From assembly GCA_964276145.1 (NCBI GenBank), contig CAXYDN010000007.1:1464-65463 (forward strand): DNA of 64,000 nt, in the 5' to 3' direction. Positions 19,959 through 29,615 of the stretch are shown in pieces (positions within the stretch are counted from its first letter, which is position 1; the number at the start of each line of letters is the position of its first letter). The notes under the pieces are model-generated. The model ran no database searches. It saw only the letters and a program-made list of their open reading frames with translations, and was not told the origin of the DNA. The stretch comes from an uncultured SAR86 cluster bacterium. Lineage in GTDB: Bacteria; Pseudomonadota; Gammaproteobacteria; Magnimaribacterales; D2472. A program made the position numbers and the translations under genes.

Positions 19959-21589
19959 TACATATTTGGATAATTGGGGCCACCTGGACCTTCAGGACTA
20001 ACCCAATTAATGTTTTGAGATGGGTCTTTTATATCGCAAGTTTTACAATGAACACAATTTTGAGCATTAATTACAAATTTCTTTTCGTTATCTTTTTCAA
20101 CGACCTCATAAACACCTGCTGGACAGTATCTCTGAGCCGGTTCATCGTAGAGAGGTAAGTTAATACTAATTGGTATTGATGGATCTTTTAATTGTAGGTG
20201 ACACGGCTGATCTTCTTCATGGTTAGTATTTGATAGATATACTGATGAAAGCTTATCAAATGAATAAACCCCATCAGGTTTTGGGTAATCAATCTTAGGC
20301 ATTTCGTCTGCTTTTTTAAGGCATGCGTAATCTGGAGTAGAGTGGTTTAATGTAAAGGGTAGATTGCCTCTAAATATAAATTGGTCAATAACATTCATAG
20401 CTGCTCCTATTAAGGCTCCAAATTTATGGAAAATAGGGCCAAAGTTTCTAGATTTATATAATTCTTCATATAACCATGAGTCATGAACTTTATCGTCATA
20501 TGAAATACCTGTAGAGATATCGTTATTAAGATTTTGATAGATGTGTTCACCAGCTATAAGTCCTGATTTCATTGCGGTATGTGAACCTTTTATTTTTGAA
20601 AAGTTAAGAGTCCCAGCATTATCACCAATTAATAAGCCTCCAGGGAATTCCATTTTTGGTAATGACTGAAGACCACCTTTTATTAGTGCACGAGCACCAT
20701 ACGATCTTCTTTCAGCACCTTCAAGATATTTTTTTATAGAAGGATGTGTTTTCCATTTTTGAAACTCATCAAATGGACTTAAATGTGGGTTTTTGTAATC
20801 TAAAGGCACAACAAATCCTATATATGCTTCTTTGTTCTCCCCATGGTAAAAATATGATCCAGCTGGAGTATCTGTTGATGTCGGCCACCCATTTGTATGT
20901 ATTACAAGGCCTTCCTCATGCTTATCTTCTTGAAGTTTCCAAACTTCTTTAAAACCTATACCATAATGTTGAGGATCTTTATCTTTAGATAAGTCAAATT
21001 TTTCAATAATCTCTTTACCTAAATGACCTCTACAGCCTTCACCTAAAATTGTATATTTTGCTCTTATTTCAATACCTGGTTCATTGCCGGGTTTAAGTTC
21101 TCCACTTGCATCAATACCCATATCTCCAGTTTGAACGCCTACAACTTTATCTCCTTCATATAATAGTTTACTTGCAGGAAAACCTGGAAAAATTTCTACA
21201 CCAAGATTCTCAGCTTGCTCTGCCAACCATCTGCATAGATTACCAAGACTTATTACATAATTTCCATGATTGTTCATAGTCGGCATAATAAAAGCGGGTA
21301 CAGGCAAACTTATTTTTTCAAGAAGAAATAAAAGTTTATCTTTTTTAACAGGCACATTTAATGGAGCATTTAAATCTTTCCAATTAGGAATTAATTCGTC
21401 AAGAGCTGTAGTTTGAAATACATTACCCGATAAAATATGAGCTCCTATTTCAGAACCTTTCTCAAGTAAGCATATAGAATAGTCTGTACCATTTTCTTTA
21501 TTCATTTGAGCAAATTTAATTGCTGTCGATAATCCAGAAGGACCACCGCCAACGACGACTACATCATATTCCATAGTTTCTCTTTCCAT
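19958..21589 (-). CDS. Electron transfer flavoprotein-ubiquinone oxidoreductase (likely start at 21589, MERETMEYD)
   Basis: VVGGGPSGL FAD motif, GAHILSG, C-terminal CPAGVYE...NCVHCKTCDIKDP 4Fe-4S motif; GAGG RBS upstream of 21589. Confidence 0.95.
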   Translation of the reverse strand: MERETMEYDVVVVGGGPSGLSTAIKFAQMNKENGTDYSICLLEKGSEIGAHILSGNVFQTTALDELIPNWKDLNAPLNVPVKKDKLLFLLEKISLPVPAFIMPTMNNHGNYVISLGNLCRWLAEQAENLGVEIFPGFPASKLLYEGDKVVGVQTGDMGIDASGELKPGNEPGIEIRAKYTILGEGCRGHLGKEIIEKFDLSKDKDPQHYGIGFKEVWKLQEDKHEEGLVIHTNGWPTSTDTPAGSYFYHGENKEAYIGFVVPLDYKNPHLSPFDEFQKWKTHPSIKKYLEGAERRSYGARALIKGGLQSLPKMEFPGGLLIGDNAGTLNFSKIKGSHTAMKSGLIAGEHIYQNLNNDISTGISYDDKVHDSWLYEELYKSRNFGPIFHKFGALIGAAMNVIDQFIFRGNLPFTLNHSTPDYACLKKADEMPKIDYPKPDGVYSFDKLSSVYLSNTNHEEDQPCHLQLKDPSIPISINLPLYDEPAQRYCPAGVYEVVEKDNEKKFVINAQNCVHCKTCDIKDPSQNINWVSPEGPGGPNYPNM

Positions 21590-21709
21590 ACTTAACCTCA
21601 AATATTGTTGTAAAATGCACAAAAGGAATTACAATTGTGCAGTATTACTGATTATAACTATCATTTATAATCTTAGACACAATATTTACTACAAAAATAT
21701 ATATAAATT

Positions 21710-22462
21710 ATGAAAATATTAGTACCAATTAAGAGAGTTGTTGATTACAACGTTAAAGTTAGGCCTATGCCGGATAACTCAAATGTTGATTTAAATAATG
21801 CAAAAATGTCTGTCAATCCGTTTTGTGAAATAGCTTTAGAAGAGGCTGTCCGTATTAAAGAAGCTGGTAATGCCGAAGAGGTTATTGCTATTACGGTTGG
21901 CAAAAGTGAATCCCAAGAACAATTAAGAACAGCTTTGGCTTTAGGAGCTGACAGAGCTATTCTAATTGAAACAGATTCACTACTTGAACCTTTAGCTATT
22001 TCAAAGGTATTAGCAAAAGTCGTTGAACAAGAACAACCCGACCTAGTAATTTTAGGAAAACAAGCTATAGATGGTGATAATAATCAAACAGGACAAATGC
22101 TTGCAGCTCTTCTAGATTGCCCTCAAGCGACAAATGCATCAGAAGTTATCTTAGACGAATCAAGCGTTACTGTAACTAGGGAAATTGATGGTGGACTTCA
22201 AACATTAAAATTAAATAAACCTGCTGTAGTAACCACAGACCTAAGACTTAATGAACCAAGATATGCATCATTACCAAACATAATGAAAGCCAAGAAAAAA
22301 GAGTTAACTGTTACTAATATATCTGATCTCGGTGTAGATGTTAGTCCACGAACTGAGCTGCTTTCAGTTGAACTACCGCCATCAAGAGATGCTGGTATTG
22401 TTGTTGAATCTGTTGATGAGTTGGTTGAAAAACTTAAAAATGAAGCGAAGGTGATCACATGA
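21710..22462 (+). CDS. etfB: Electron transfer flavoprotein beta subunit
   Basis: [33 protein letters not shown]. Confidence 0.95.
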   Translation: MKILVPIKRVVDYNVKVRPMPDNSNVDLNNAKMSVNPFCEIALEEAVRIKEAGNAEEVIAITVGKSESQEQLRTALALGADRAILIETDSLLEPLAISKVLAKVVEQEQPDLVILGKQAIDGDNNQTGQMLAALLDCPQATNASEVILDESSVTVTREIDGGLQTLKLNKPAVVTTDLRLNEPRYASLPNIMKAKKKELTVTNISDLGVDVSPRTELLSVELPPSRDAGIVVESVDELVEKLKNEAKVIT

Positions 22463-23388
22463 GTATATTAGTAATTGCAGAACATGATAATTCCTTAATA
22501 AAGGGAGCTACTTTAAATACAGTTGCAGCAGCTTCTCGTTTAAATGCTGAGGTGACTCTTCTTGTTGCCGGTTGTGATATATCTGGCGTTTTAGATGAAG
22601 CTAAAAAAATCTTAGGAGTTTCTAAGATAATTTCTTGCGATGATGAGTTATATAAAAACTTTCTTGCTGAGGATTTTTCAAAATTAGTTTTAAGTATTGC
22701 TGATTCATATTCTTATATATTTGCACCTGCAACAACATTTGGTAAGAATTTAATGCCTAGGATTTCAGCCAAACTAGACACACAACAAATATCAGATATT
22801 ATTTCTGTTGAATCAGAAGATACATTCAAAAGACCTATATATGCTGGAAGCTGTATAGCTACTGTTAAGTCCAATGATTCTGTTAAGTTGATCACAGTTA
22901 GAGCTACAGCTTTTGATCCAGTAACACTTGATAATAATGATGTGCCTGTTGAATCAATTGGTGCAGTTGATGCATCTAAAATTAGCGAATTTGTTTCTGA
23001 AGAAATAGCGAAAAGTGATAGGCCTGAATTAACTGCTGCTAATATTGTTATCTCTGGCGGCCGTGGAATGCAGTCAGGTGATAATTTTCATTTACTTGAC
23101 TCTATCGCAGATAAATTAGGAGCTGCCGTTGGAGCTTCAAGAGCAGCTGTAGATGCAGGTTTCGTTCCAAATGACTATCAAGTAGGTCAAACTGGTAAAA
23201 TAGTAGCACCTGATTTATATATTGCAGTCGGTATATCTGGTGCTATACAGCATTTAGCTGGCATGAAAGATTCAAAAGTAATTGTTGCTATTAATAAAGA
23301 TGAGGATGCTCCTATCTTTCAGGTAGCTGATTATGGTTTAGTAGCTGATTTATTTACTGCTTTGCCAGAACTAGATTCAAAACTTTAA
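22459..23388 (+). CDS. etfA: Electron transfer flavoprotein alpha subunit
   Basis: [34 protein letters not shown]. Confidence 0.95.
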   Translation: MSILVIAEHDNSLIKGATLNTVAAASRLNAEVTLLVAGCDISGVLDEAKKILGVSKIISCDDELYKNFLAEDFSKLVLSIADSYSYIFAPATTFGKNLMPRISAKLDTQQISDIISVESEDTFKRPIYAGSCIATVKSNDSVKLITVRATAFDPVTLDNNDVPVESIGAVDASKISEFVSEEIAKSDRPELTAANIVISGGRGMQSGDNFHLLDSIADKLGAAVGASRAAVDAGFVPNDYQVGQTGKIVAPDLYIAVGISGAIQHLAGMKDSKVIVAINKDEDAPIFQVADYGLVADLFTALPELDSKL

Positions 23389-23411
23389 ATATTTTTTAAT
23401 ATTTTTACTTC

Positions 23412-23439
23412 AATAGGGCTTTGTAGCCCTATTTTTTTT
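23412..23439 (+). terminator. Rho-independent terminator after etfA
   Basis: AATAGGGCT-TTGT-AGCCCTATT stem-loop followed by a T-run. Confidence 0.85.
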
Positions 23440-23497
23440 CTTATTCATATGTAGAATAAAGTAATGTATATACAATATATAACTTTTATTTTAAAAG

Positions 23498-24448
23498 ATG
23501 GCTGAAAATAGATTCTTTTATTTTTATGCTGCGCTCTCTATATCATTCATATTTTTGTTTGTTTTTTTTACATTAAGTTCATTTGGTCTTATACAGTCAT
23601 CGGAAGGCGCTGGTTTAATTGGGGAGGCATCAAGGTGGTGTGAAAGAGTTTCTGGCGGCCTTTTCAGGGAACCATTAAATACTCTTAGTAATCTAGGCTT
23701 TATGGTTGTTGGACTGTATATGTTTTGGATCATATGTAACGACAGACAAAACTCCACTAATCCCTTTATAGGAATTACACCAATATCCTTGCTCTATGCG
23801 TCTGTTGTTATTTTTCTTGGTCCAGGATCAATGCTTATGCATGGAACAAATACTGTGTGGGGTGGTTGGGCAGATAATCTTAGTATGATCATGTTTATAA
23901 TACTTCCATGGCTTTATAATATATACAGCATGTCCAATTGGACTTCTAAACAATTATTATCAATCTACGTATCCATAGTAATTATATATTCAATCTGGAG
24001 ATGGTTTACAGACTGGGGTCTGGGTATAAATTTTAATCTTTTTGGTGTGTCAATAGGTTTGTGGGCTATATCAGAGACGCTTTATAGGTTTTGGTCACCT
24101 TCATTTAGATTTCTATCAGGTTTTGTAGGCTTTGTTGTTTTAATGTTATTCGGAACTATGCCAAATGAGGTATTTAGTAACTTCTCTGAGTATTGGTGGG
24201 TTATCTTGTTTTGGTTACCTGGATTATTAGCTACAAATAAGCCACTTAATACAAGGACTTACAAATGGTATTTTCTTGGAATGATTGCATATTTTTCAGC
24301 ATTTGCAATATGGCTAACTGGGGTTCCAGATAATGAATTATGTGAACCAGATTCAATTATTCAAGCCCATTCAATCTGGCACTTACTATCAGCTTTAGCT
24401 ACTTACTTCTTCTTTTTACATTTTAGAGACGAGAAAGTCTCAAGTTAA
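23498..24448 (+). CDS. Ceramidase-like (CREST superfamily) membrane hydrolase
   Basis: WCE...EPLNTLSN, GSMLMH, D and H.IWH Zn-ligand motifs; multiple TM helices. Confidence 0.75.
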   Translation: MAENRFFYFYAALSISFIFLFVFFTLSSFGLIQSSEGAGLIGEASRWCERVSGGLFREPLNTLSNLGFMVVGLYMFWIICNDRQNSTNPFIGITPISLLYASVVIFLGPGSMLMHGTNTVWGGWADNLSMIMFIILPWLYNIYSMSNWTSKQLLSIYVSIVIIYSIWRWFTDWGLGINFNLFGVSIGLWAISETLYRFWSPSFRFLSGFVGFVVLMLFGTMPNEVFSNFSEYWWVILFWLPGLLATNKPLNTRTYKWYFLGMIAYFSAFAIWLTGVPDNELCEPDSIIQAHSIWHLLSALATYFFFLHFRDEKVSS

Positions 24449-24454
24449 AGAGGT

Positions 24455-24673
24455 CTATCTCCCTCTAAAGGTAATTCTGCCAACTGTTAAATCATAGGGA
24501 GTCATCTCTACTTTAACTTTATCACCAGTTAAAATTCTAATGTAATGCTTACGCATTTTTCCTGATATATGGGCAGTAATAACGTGATCGTTTTCTAGTT
24601 TTACTTTAAATTTAGTATTAGGCAAAGTTTCAATAACTTCACCTTCAAACTCTAGTGCATCTTCTTTTGACAT
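24455..24673 (-). CDS. infA: Translation initiation factor IF-1
   Basis: [11 protein letters not shown]...[28 protein letters not shown]. Confidence 0.98.
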   Translation of the reverse strand: MSKEDALEFEGEVIETLPNTKFKVKLENDHVITAHISGKMRKHYIRILTGDKVKVEMTPYDLTVGRITFRGR

Positions 24674-24699
24674 GACCGCTATTTTACACTATTAATTAG

Positions 24700-25101
24700 T
24701 TATTTATTATCTTTATAAGCTAAAAGAAGTGAGATGGTTTGAACTACAAGAACTACAATAAAGGAAAGTATATTTAATGGAATGTTAAAAGGTCTCAATT
24801 CATCAACTCCAATACCAACAGCAAGTCCGTTGTAAAAAGGCATAGTAATAACTGAAATCATAAAACCCAGAATCATACACAAACTTAAAAGTGAAGCTAT
24901 GGAATGCATATTCTTCTTCCATATCAAATAAAGTCCTAAAAAAGCTATCATGAAGTTTGTTGCCAATCTCCAAACCTCATGAACTCTTGAATGCTCATCC
25001 CAGTCAGGATTAAATAGATGAGTATCGCCAATATCCAATAATAATGGACCTATGCCTGCTAATATTAAGCAAAGTGAAGTTAATAACTTAGGTATCGTCA
25101 T
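24700..25101 (-). CDS. Small 4-TM membrane protein with H.FNP.W..H.R.H motif (DUF6640-like)
   Basis: DTHLFNPDWDEHSRVHEVW; overlaps the 3' end of the FAH gene. Confidence 0.6.
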   Translation of the reverse strand: MTIPKLLTSLCLILAGIGPLLLDIGDTHLFNPDWDEHSRVHEVWRLATNFMIAFLGLYLIWKKNMHSIASLLSLCMILGFMISVITMPFYNGLAVGIGVDELRPFNIPLNILSFIVVLVVQTISLLLAYKDNK

Positions 25102-25999
25102 TCGTTGGTATTCTTCCTTTTAAAAATTCTGGCATAAAGCTTATATTTGAATGATCGTTAATTCTAATACACTTATTTTTAATAGTTCCAATTTCTTTAA
25201 TTGATGTTGTGACAATATCACCATCTTTAAGTAATTTACCTTGAGTTGCGCCAACACCTGAAGGTGTTCCTGTAAATATAAGATCTCCAGTATTTAATGT
25301 TAGGAATTCTGATATGTAAGAAATAATATCTGGAACTGTAAATATTAAGTCATCGGTACTTGATTCTTGTCTTAATTCATCATTTATATAGCATTCAAGG
25401 TGAAGAGCATCTTTATTGACAACCAAATCTGGAGATACTAAGTAAGGACCTATAGGTCCAAATGTATCAAAGGATTTGCCAAGATTGAATTGAGGAGGAG
25501 TGGCGTGAAATTGAACAGCTCTATCTGAGATATCTTGTCCTACTGTTAATCCAGCCACATGATTCCAAGCAGCTTCTTTCGATATGTTTTTACCTTCTTT
25601 GCCTATCACAAGGACAAGCTCTGCCTCATAATCAACAATATCACTCTTCATTTCAACATTGTCAAAAGGCCCAACAATACAACTAGTATGTTTTGTAAAG
25701 ACCATTGGAAATGGTGGAATCTCCATGCCACTTTCTTCAGCATGCGCTCTATAGTTCAGACCTACAGCAAAACAATTTCTAGAATCTGTTACTGGTGGTC
25801 CTAACAAAGAGTTTTCTATTAATCCTGTTGGTTCAAAGTTATCAATTTTGGTAGATAACTCATGTAAATCATCTAATGAGTTTAGAATTTTTGACGGATC
25901 TGATGTGATCTTACCTTGTGAAATTGTATTAATATCATAATAGGAATCACCATGGATAAGTGCTGATTTACCATTAATATTTGCTAACTTAAATCCCAT
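25088..25999 (-). CDS. Fumarylacetoacetate hydrolase family protein
   Basis: AVGLNYRAH, VDYEAEL, QDISDR, GKSFDTFGP.GP, GDLIFTGTPSGVG. Confidence 0.92.
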   Translation of the reverse strand: MGFKLANINGKSALIHGDSYYDINTISQGKITSDPSKILNSLDDLHELSTKIDNFEPTGLIENSLLGPPVTDSRNCFAVGLNYRAHAEESGMEIPPFPMVFTKHTSCIVGPFDNVEMKSDIVDYEAELVLVIGKEGKNISKEAAWNHVAGLTVGQDISDRAVQFHATPPQFNLGKSFDTFGPIGPYLVSPDLVVNKDALHLECYINDELRQESSTDDLIFTVPDIISYISEFLTLNTGDLIFTGTPSGVGATQGKLLKDGDIVTTSIKEIGTIKNKCIRINDHSNISFMPEFLKGRIPTNDDT

Positions 26000-26071
26000 T
26001 ATGACTCCTTGATAAAATTACTTATTGATATTATTTAACTGTAAAAATTTGAATGTTATTTTTTAAAGGGG

Positions 26072-26108
26072 GACGTGGTAAGAATAAATAATTTAAACTT
26101 ACCACATC
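26072..26108 (-). terminator. Stem-loop immediately downstream of the TonB receptor (terminator or mRNA-stabilising hairpin)
   Basis: Minus strand GATGTGGTAAG-N15-CTTACCACGTC: 11-bp stem with one G.U pair; no canonical U-tract. Confidence 0.6.
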
Positions 26109-26125
26109 TATGCATTTCTAAATAA

Positions 26126-28618
26126 TTAGAAATTTGCTCTATATCTCATCCCAACTTCTCTACCTGGTTGAAGATAACCAACATGAGAACCACTAACAAG
26201 TGGAAGATCGACTCCAAATGATTGACCAACTTCATTTGTTACATTTCTACCAAACACAACCAATGACCATTTATTATCATCAGCTTCAATACCTATACGA
26301 ACATTAACTTTTGTTGTTTCAGGGGACAGATTAAAAGGATCTAGATCATTTTGTGTAAAGTATTCATCAATTTTATTTACATCAGCTCCGAGAACTACAT
26401 TGAATCCATTTGCTGTATTTATTATATATTTCGAATATAGTGAAGATGACATTTCTGGTGCGTTAACCCCTGTTTTACCTTTTAGATCTTGAGAACATGT
26501 TCCATAAATTGTCATCGGCCCCATTGGAGTATTAACAGTATTATTATTAGCAGCTCTGAAAGCAATATCTTGAGCAGCAGTACATCCTCCAATAAACTCA
26601 TCAAACGTGAAGTCAAGATAAGTAAAAGCTCCGCCTACATATAGACCATCAAGAGGAGACCATTCAAAGTCGCCCTCAAAGCCTTCAATTGTTGATGCAC
26701 CTGCATTAGAGACAACAAAAGATGCTCCAACAAAAGCTGAAACCTGCATATCCAAGTACTCAGTACTAAATGCAGCTAGATTAGCTCTTAAATTTTGGTC
26801 TTGTAAATCAAATTTAAGACCAATCTCTGTTGTTGTAGCTTCTTCAGAAGTAAACCTGTTTGACGGATCTGGAGTCGTGTAATTAACTCTTTTTACATTA
26901 TCAGATGCATCGAACCCACCAGATTTATAACCCTCAGCCCAACTTAAATACATCCTTGTTGTATCTGAAAATTCGTAGTTAATTTTTACAGATGGCGTGA
27001 CATGATCTTCGGCCATTTTTTGAAGAGGAAACTCGTACCTATCTCTTCCCAAAACACCAAATAATATGTTTCTGACAAATAAATTATTATCAGTTGATGC
27101 AGCTTCGGCTGTATTTCCACTTGTTAAATCAGATCCTAAAAACTGACTATCCATTAACTCTTTTTCTTCATCAGACCAACGAACACCAGCAGTTAAGCTA
27201 AGTTGATCATTTAGGTACCAAGTACCTTCAGCAAAAACTGATTGACTACTTGTTTCTAAATCATGATGGTGATGGGTGCTTAATACTTTAGCAGGAAGCA
27301 TTCCTCTTGAAAAAGCATTCCATAGTGTGCCGCCAATGCCAAGAGCACCAGTTAGCACAGCATTTGTTACAGGAGCACTACCAAGGTCTCCATTAAGAAA
27401 TCCTTCATTTTGAAAAGAGTATTCAGTCTCTTCTATAAAAAAACCAGCAATATATTCAAACTTATCATTAGAAGGTGAGGTAATTACTAGTTCATGTGTT
27501 GTTGACTCATATTGTTCATTACCACTTACAGACAAGAAGTCTAAAGGTGACATATCAGCATCAGCCCCTTCAGTGAAATCATATTCAGACATTGTAGATG
27601 TCCATGATAGATCATGATCACTTAATGATGTTTTGATATTTAGAATTGTATTTTCAGCATCATTAGTACCACCGTTAGGATTCCCATCTCCATAAATATT
27701 CATTGAATTAGTTGAAGTAAAGTCTTTTCCAACATTTTGTCCTATTTGTGGAAATGCAATATTTGCTACAGTAAAAGCTGCCACGGCTACAGTTCTTCCT
27801 GCAGCTATTATTGATGGTGGTGGCGCTGATAGACCCCAATGTGTTACTTGTGAGTGTTGTCCAGTTCTATCAGATTCAGATTTAAATAGCTTTAAATTAA
27901 CCTCCATATCATCTAGCTCATATAGGAATGTAGCTCTAATAGCATCATGACTACTTGATGGTTCTTGCTTAAATGTAAAAGCATTATCAACCCAACCATC
28001 AGAAGTAGTAGACGACAATGCAATACGCATAGCAAAATTATCATTTAAAGGTATATTTGTAGCCATACTTGTTTTACGCGATGACCAGTCTGGAACAAAT
28101 TCATGCGATATAAATGCATCTAAATCACCTCCAATAACTGGACTTTTACTTACTGTATTTATGACTCCGGCAATTGTATTTTTTCCAAATAAAACACCTT
28201 GTGTTCCTTTAAGAACCTCAATTCTCTCTAAATCAAGTAAAGGGACAGTATACTGCTGGCTTCTAGTGACAGACATTCCATCAACAAACTGTGTTACAGA
28301 TTGTTCGAAACCTTTATTAGTTCCAGAACCTACTCCTCTCATATAGATTGATTGTTCCTGAACACCTTTTGCAACAGTTAGACCTGGAACATATTGAGCT
28401 ATTTCTTCCCATGAAGAAACACCCATATCAGTAATTCTTTCTGATGAAAGAACTTGAATTGAAATAGGAACCTCTGAAAGACCTTGCTCTTTCTTCTGAG
28501 CAGTAACAACGACTTCTTCAAGTCTAGGTTCAGAACTTTCTTGGGCAATCGCATCCTGAACATAAAGACCTGTAAAAATAAAAAACGTTGATATTAAAAA
28601 TAATTTTTTAATAGACAT
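26126..28618 (-). CDS. TonB-dependent outer-membrane receptor
   Basis: Signal peptide, LEEVVVTAQK TonB box, DLERIEVLKG.QG.LFG.N plug motif, GYKSGGF, C-terminal Phe. Confidence 0.95.
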   Translation of the reverse strand: MSIKKLFLISTFFIFTGLYVQDAIAQESSEPRLEEVVVTAQKKEQGLSEVPISIQVLSSERITDMGVSSWEEIAQYVPGLTVAKGVQEQSIYMRGVGSGTNKGFEQSVTQFVDGMSVTRSQQYTVPLLDLERIEVLKGTQGVLFGKNTIAGVINTVSKSPVIGGDLDAFISHEFVPDWSSRKTSMATNIPLNDNFAMRIALSSTTSDGWVDNAFTFKQEPSSSHDAIRATFLYELDDMEVNLKLFKSESDRTGQHSQVTHWGLSAPPPSIIAAGRTVAVAAFTVANIAFPQIGQNVGKDFTSTNSMNIYGDGNPNGGTNDAENTILNIKTSLSDHDLSWTSTMSEYDFTEGADADMSPLDFLSVSGNEQYESTTHELVITSPSNDKFEYIAGFFIEETEYSFQNEGFLNGDLGSAPVTNAVLTGALGIGGTLWNAFSRGMLPAKVLSTHHHHDLETSSQSVFAEGTWYLNDQLSLTAGVRWSDEEKELMDSQFLGSDLTSGNTAEAASTDNNLFVRNILFGVLGRDRYEFPLQKMAEDHVTPSVKINYEFSDTTRMYLSWAEGYKSGGFDASDNVKRVNYTTPDPSNRFTSEEATTTEIGLKFDLQDQNLRANLAAFSTEYLDMQVSAFVGASFVVSNAGASTIEGFEGDFEWSPLDGLYVGGAFTYLDFTFDEFIGGCTAAQDIAFRAANNNTVNTPMGPMTIYGTCSQDLKGKTGVNAPEMSSSLYSKYIINTANGFNVVLGADVNKIDEYFTQNDLDPFNLSPETTKVNVRIGIEADDNKWSLVVFGRNVTNEVGQSFGVDLPLVSGSHVGYLQPGREVGMRYRANF

Positions 28619-28658
28619 ATATTCCCCCTTTGGATATATTTTTATAAGTTAATTTATT

Positions 28659-28702
28659 CTAACCACTTGGATAAAAAAATACAACTATCCAGTTGGATAA
28701 AA
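28659..28702. promoter_or_regulatory. Tandem palindromic operators (putative TetR sites) in the TBDR/GST divergent promoter
   Basis: CTAACCACTTGGATAAAA (28659-28676) and CTATCCAGTTGGATAAAA (28685-28702); the core TATCCA-NN-TGGATA is palindromic. Confidence 0.7.
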
Positions 28703-28752
28703 TAATAATTTATGTTTTACTTAATACACAGTAAATTATTTAGTCTACTTAA

Positions 28753-29613
28753 ATGAACAAAATAGAACTATATGGATACGGTGAATCAGTTGCCTCAAAT
28801 ATGGCAAGGGTTGCTCTGTCCGAAAAAAATATTTCTTTTAAGTACAATCTTTTATATTTGGAGTCAAAAGGGGATCATCTATCAAAAGGTTACAAAAAGT
28901 TAAATCCTAAAAATCTTGTTCCTACTATGATCGATAACGGAAATATTATTCCTGACAGTATTCAAATAATGCTTCATATCAATTCTACCTATTCCCAAGG
29001 TACAGATCTTTTTCCTGAAGACATTAATCAAGATAGATTTAATAACCTTCTAGATTTTGTAAAACTTGATGAAGACAAAGAACTTGGTGAGACATTAGGA
29101 ACAACCGCTGGTGGTATTTCAGCAACTGTTTTGGTAAGACTTTTATGTAAAAGATCTTTATTGAGTGTTATTTGGGATTATTCAACCAAACATTCCATAA
29201 AAAAAAGAATACCTATTTTCATCCTATTAAGGGTTCTTGGAAAACCACCAGAAAAATTATGTAAAAAAATGGCTTTAGCATTATCAAAACATCTAATTTC
29301 TATTGAGAATATTCTTAATCATAAAAAAGAATTTATGATGGGAGATCAATACACAGCAATTGATTCTTGTATGACCTCCATACTGCATAGAATAGATGAG
29401 ATGAGATTTACCAATCTATTAACAAGTGAGTATTTACCAAATTTAGCTAAGTATTGGAAAACTATTCAAGCTCGACCTAGTTATAAAGAGGGAATATTAG
29501 ATTATGTTACTGGCGAATGGGAGATAGAAATACAATCATTATACGGAAGTGGATCAAATAAATATGAAGATCTTGCTTTATCAGAAATTAGTAGACTACT
29601 AGAGGAGAAATAA
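28753..29613 (+). CDS. Glutathione S-transferase family protein with a long central insertion
   Basis: LNPKNLVPT...DS thioredoxin-domain motif; C-terminal GDQYTAID...LPNL..YW.....RPSY. Confidence 0.85.
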   Translation: MNKIELYGYGESVASNMARVALSEKNISFKYNLLYLESKGDHLSKGYKKLNPKNLVPTMIDNGNIIPDSIQIMLHINSTYSQGTDLFPEDINQDRFNNLLDFVKLDEDKELGETLGTTAGGISATVLVRLLCKRSLLSVIWDYSTKHSIKKRIPIFILLRVLGKPPEKLCKKMALALSKHLISIENILNHKKEFMMGDQYTAIDSCMTSILHRIDEMRFTNLLTSEYLPNLAKYWKTIQARPSYKEGILDYVTGEWEIEIQSLYGSGSNKYEDLALSEISRLLEEK

Positions 29614-29615
29614 TT

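Noticed and set aside
27262-27275. HHHH run in the TonB receptor as evidence of metal transport
   Set aside because: A short run within a probable barrel strand; gene context points to an organic substrate
28659-28702. 18-bp direct repeat considered as a mini-CRISPR or insertion target duplication
   Set aside because: Only two copies 8 bp apart, no cas or transposase genes; the palindromic core and a third copy at another promoter fit an operator
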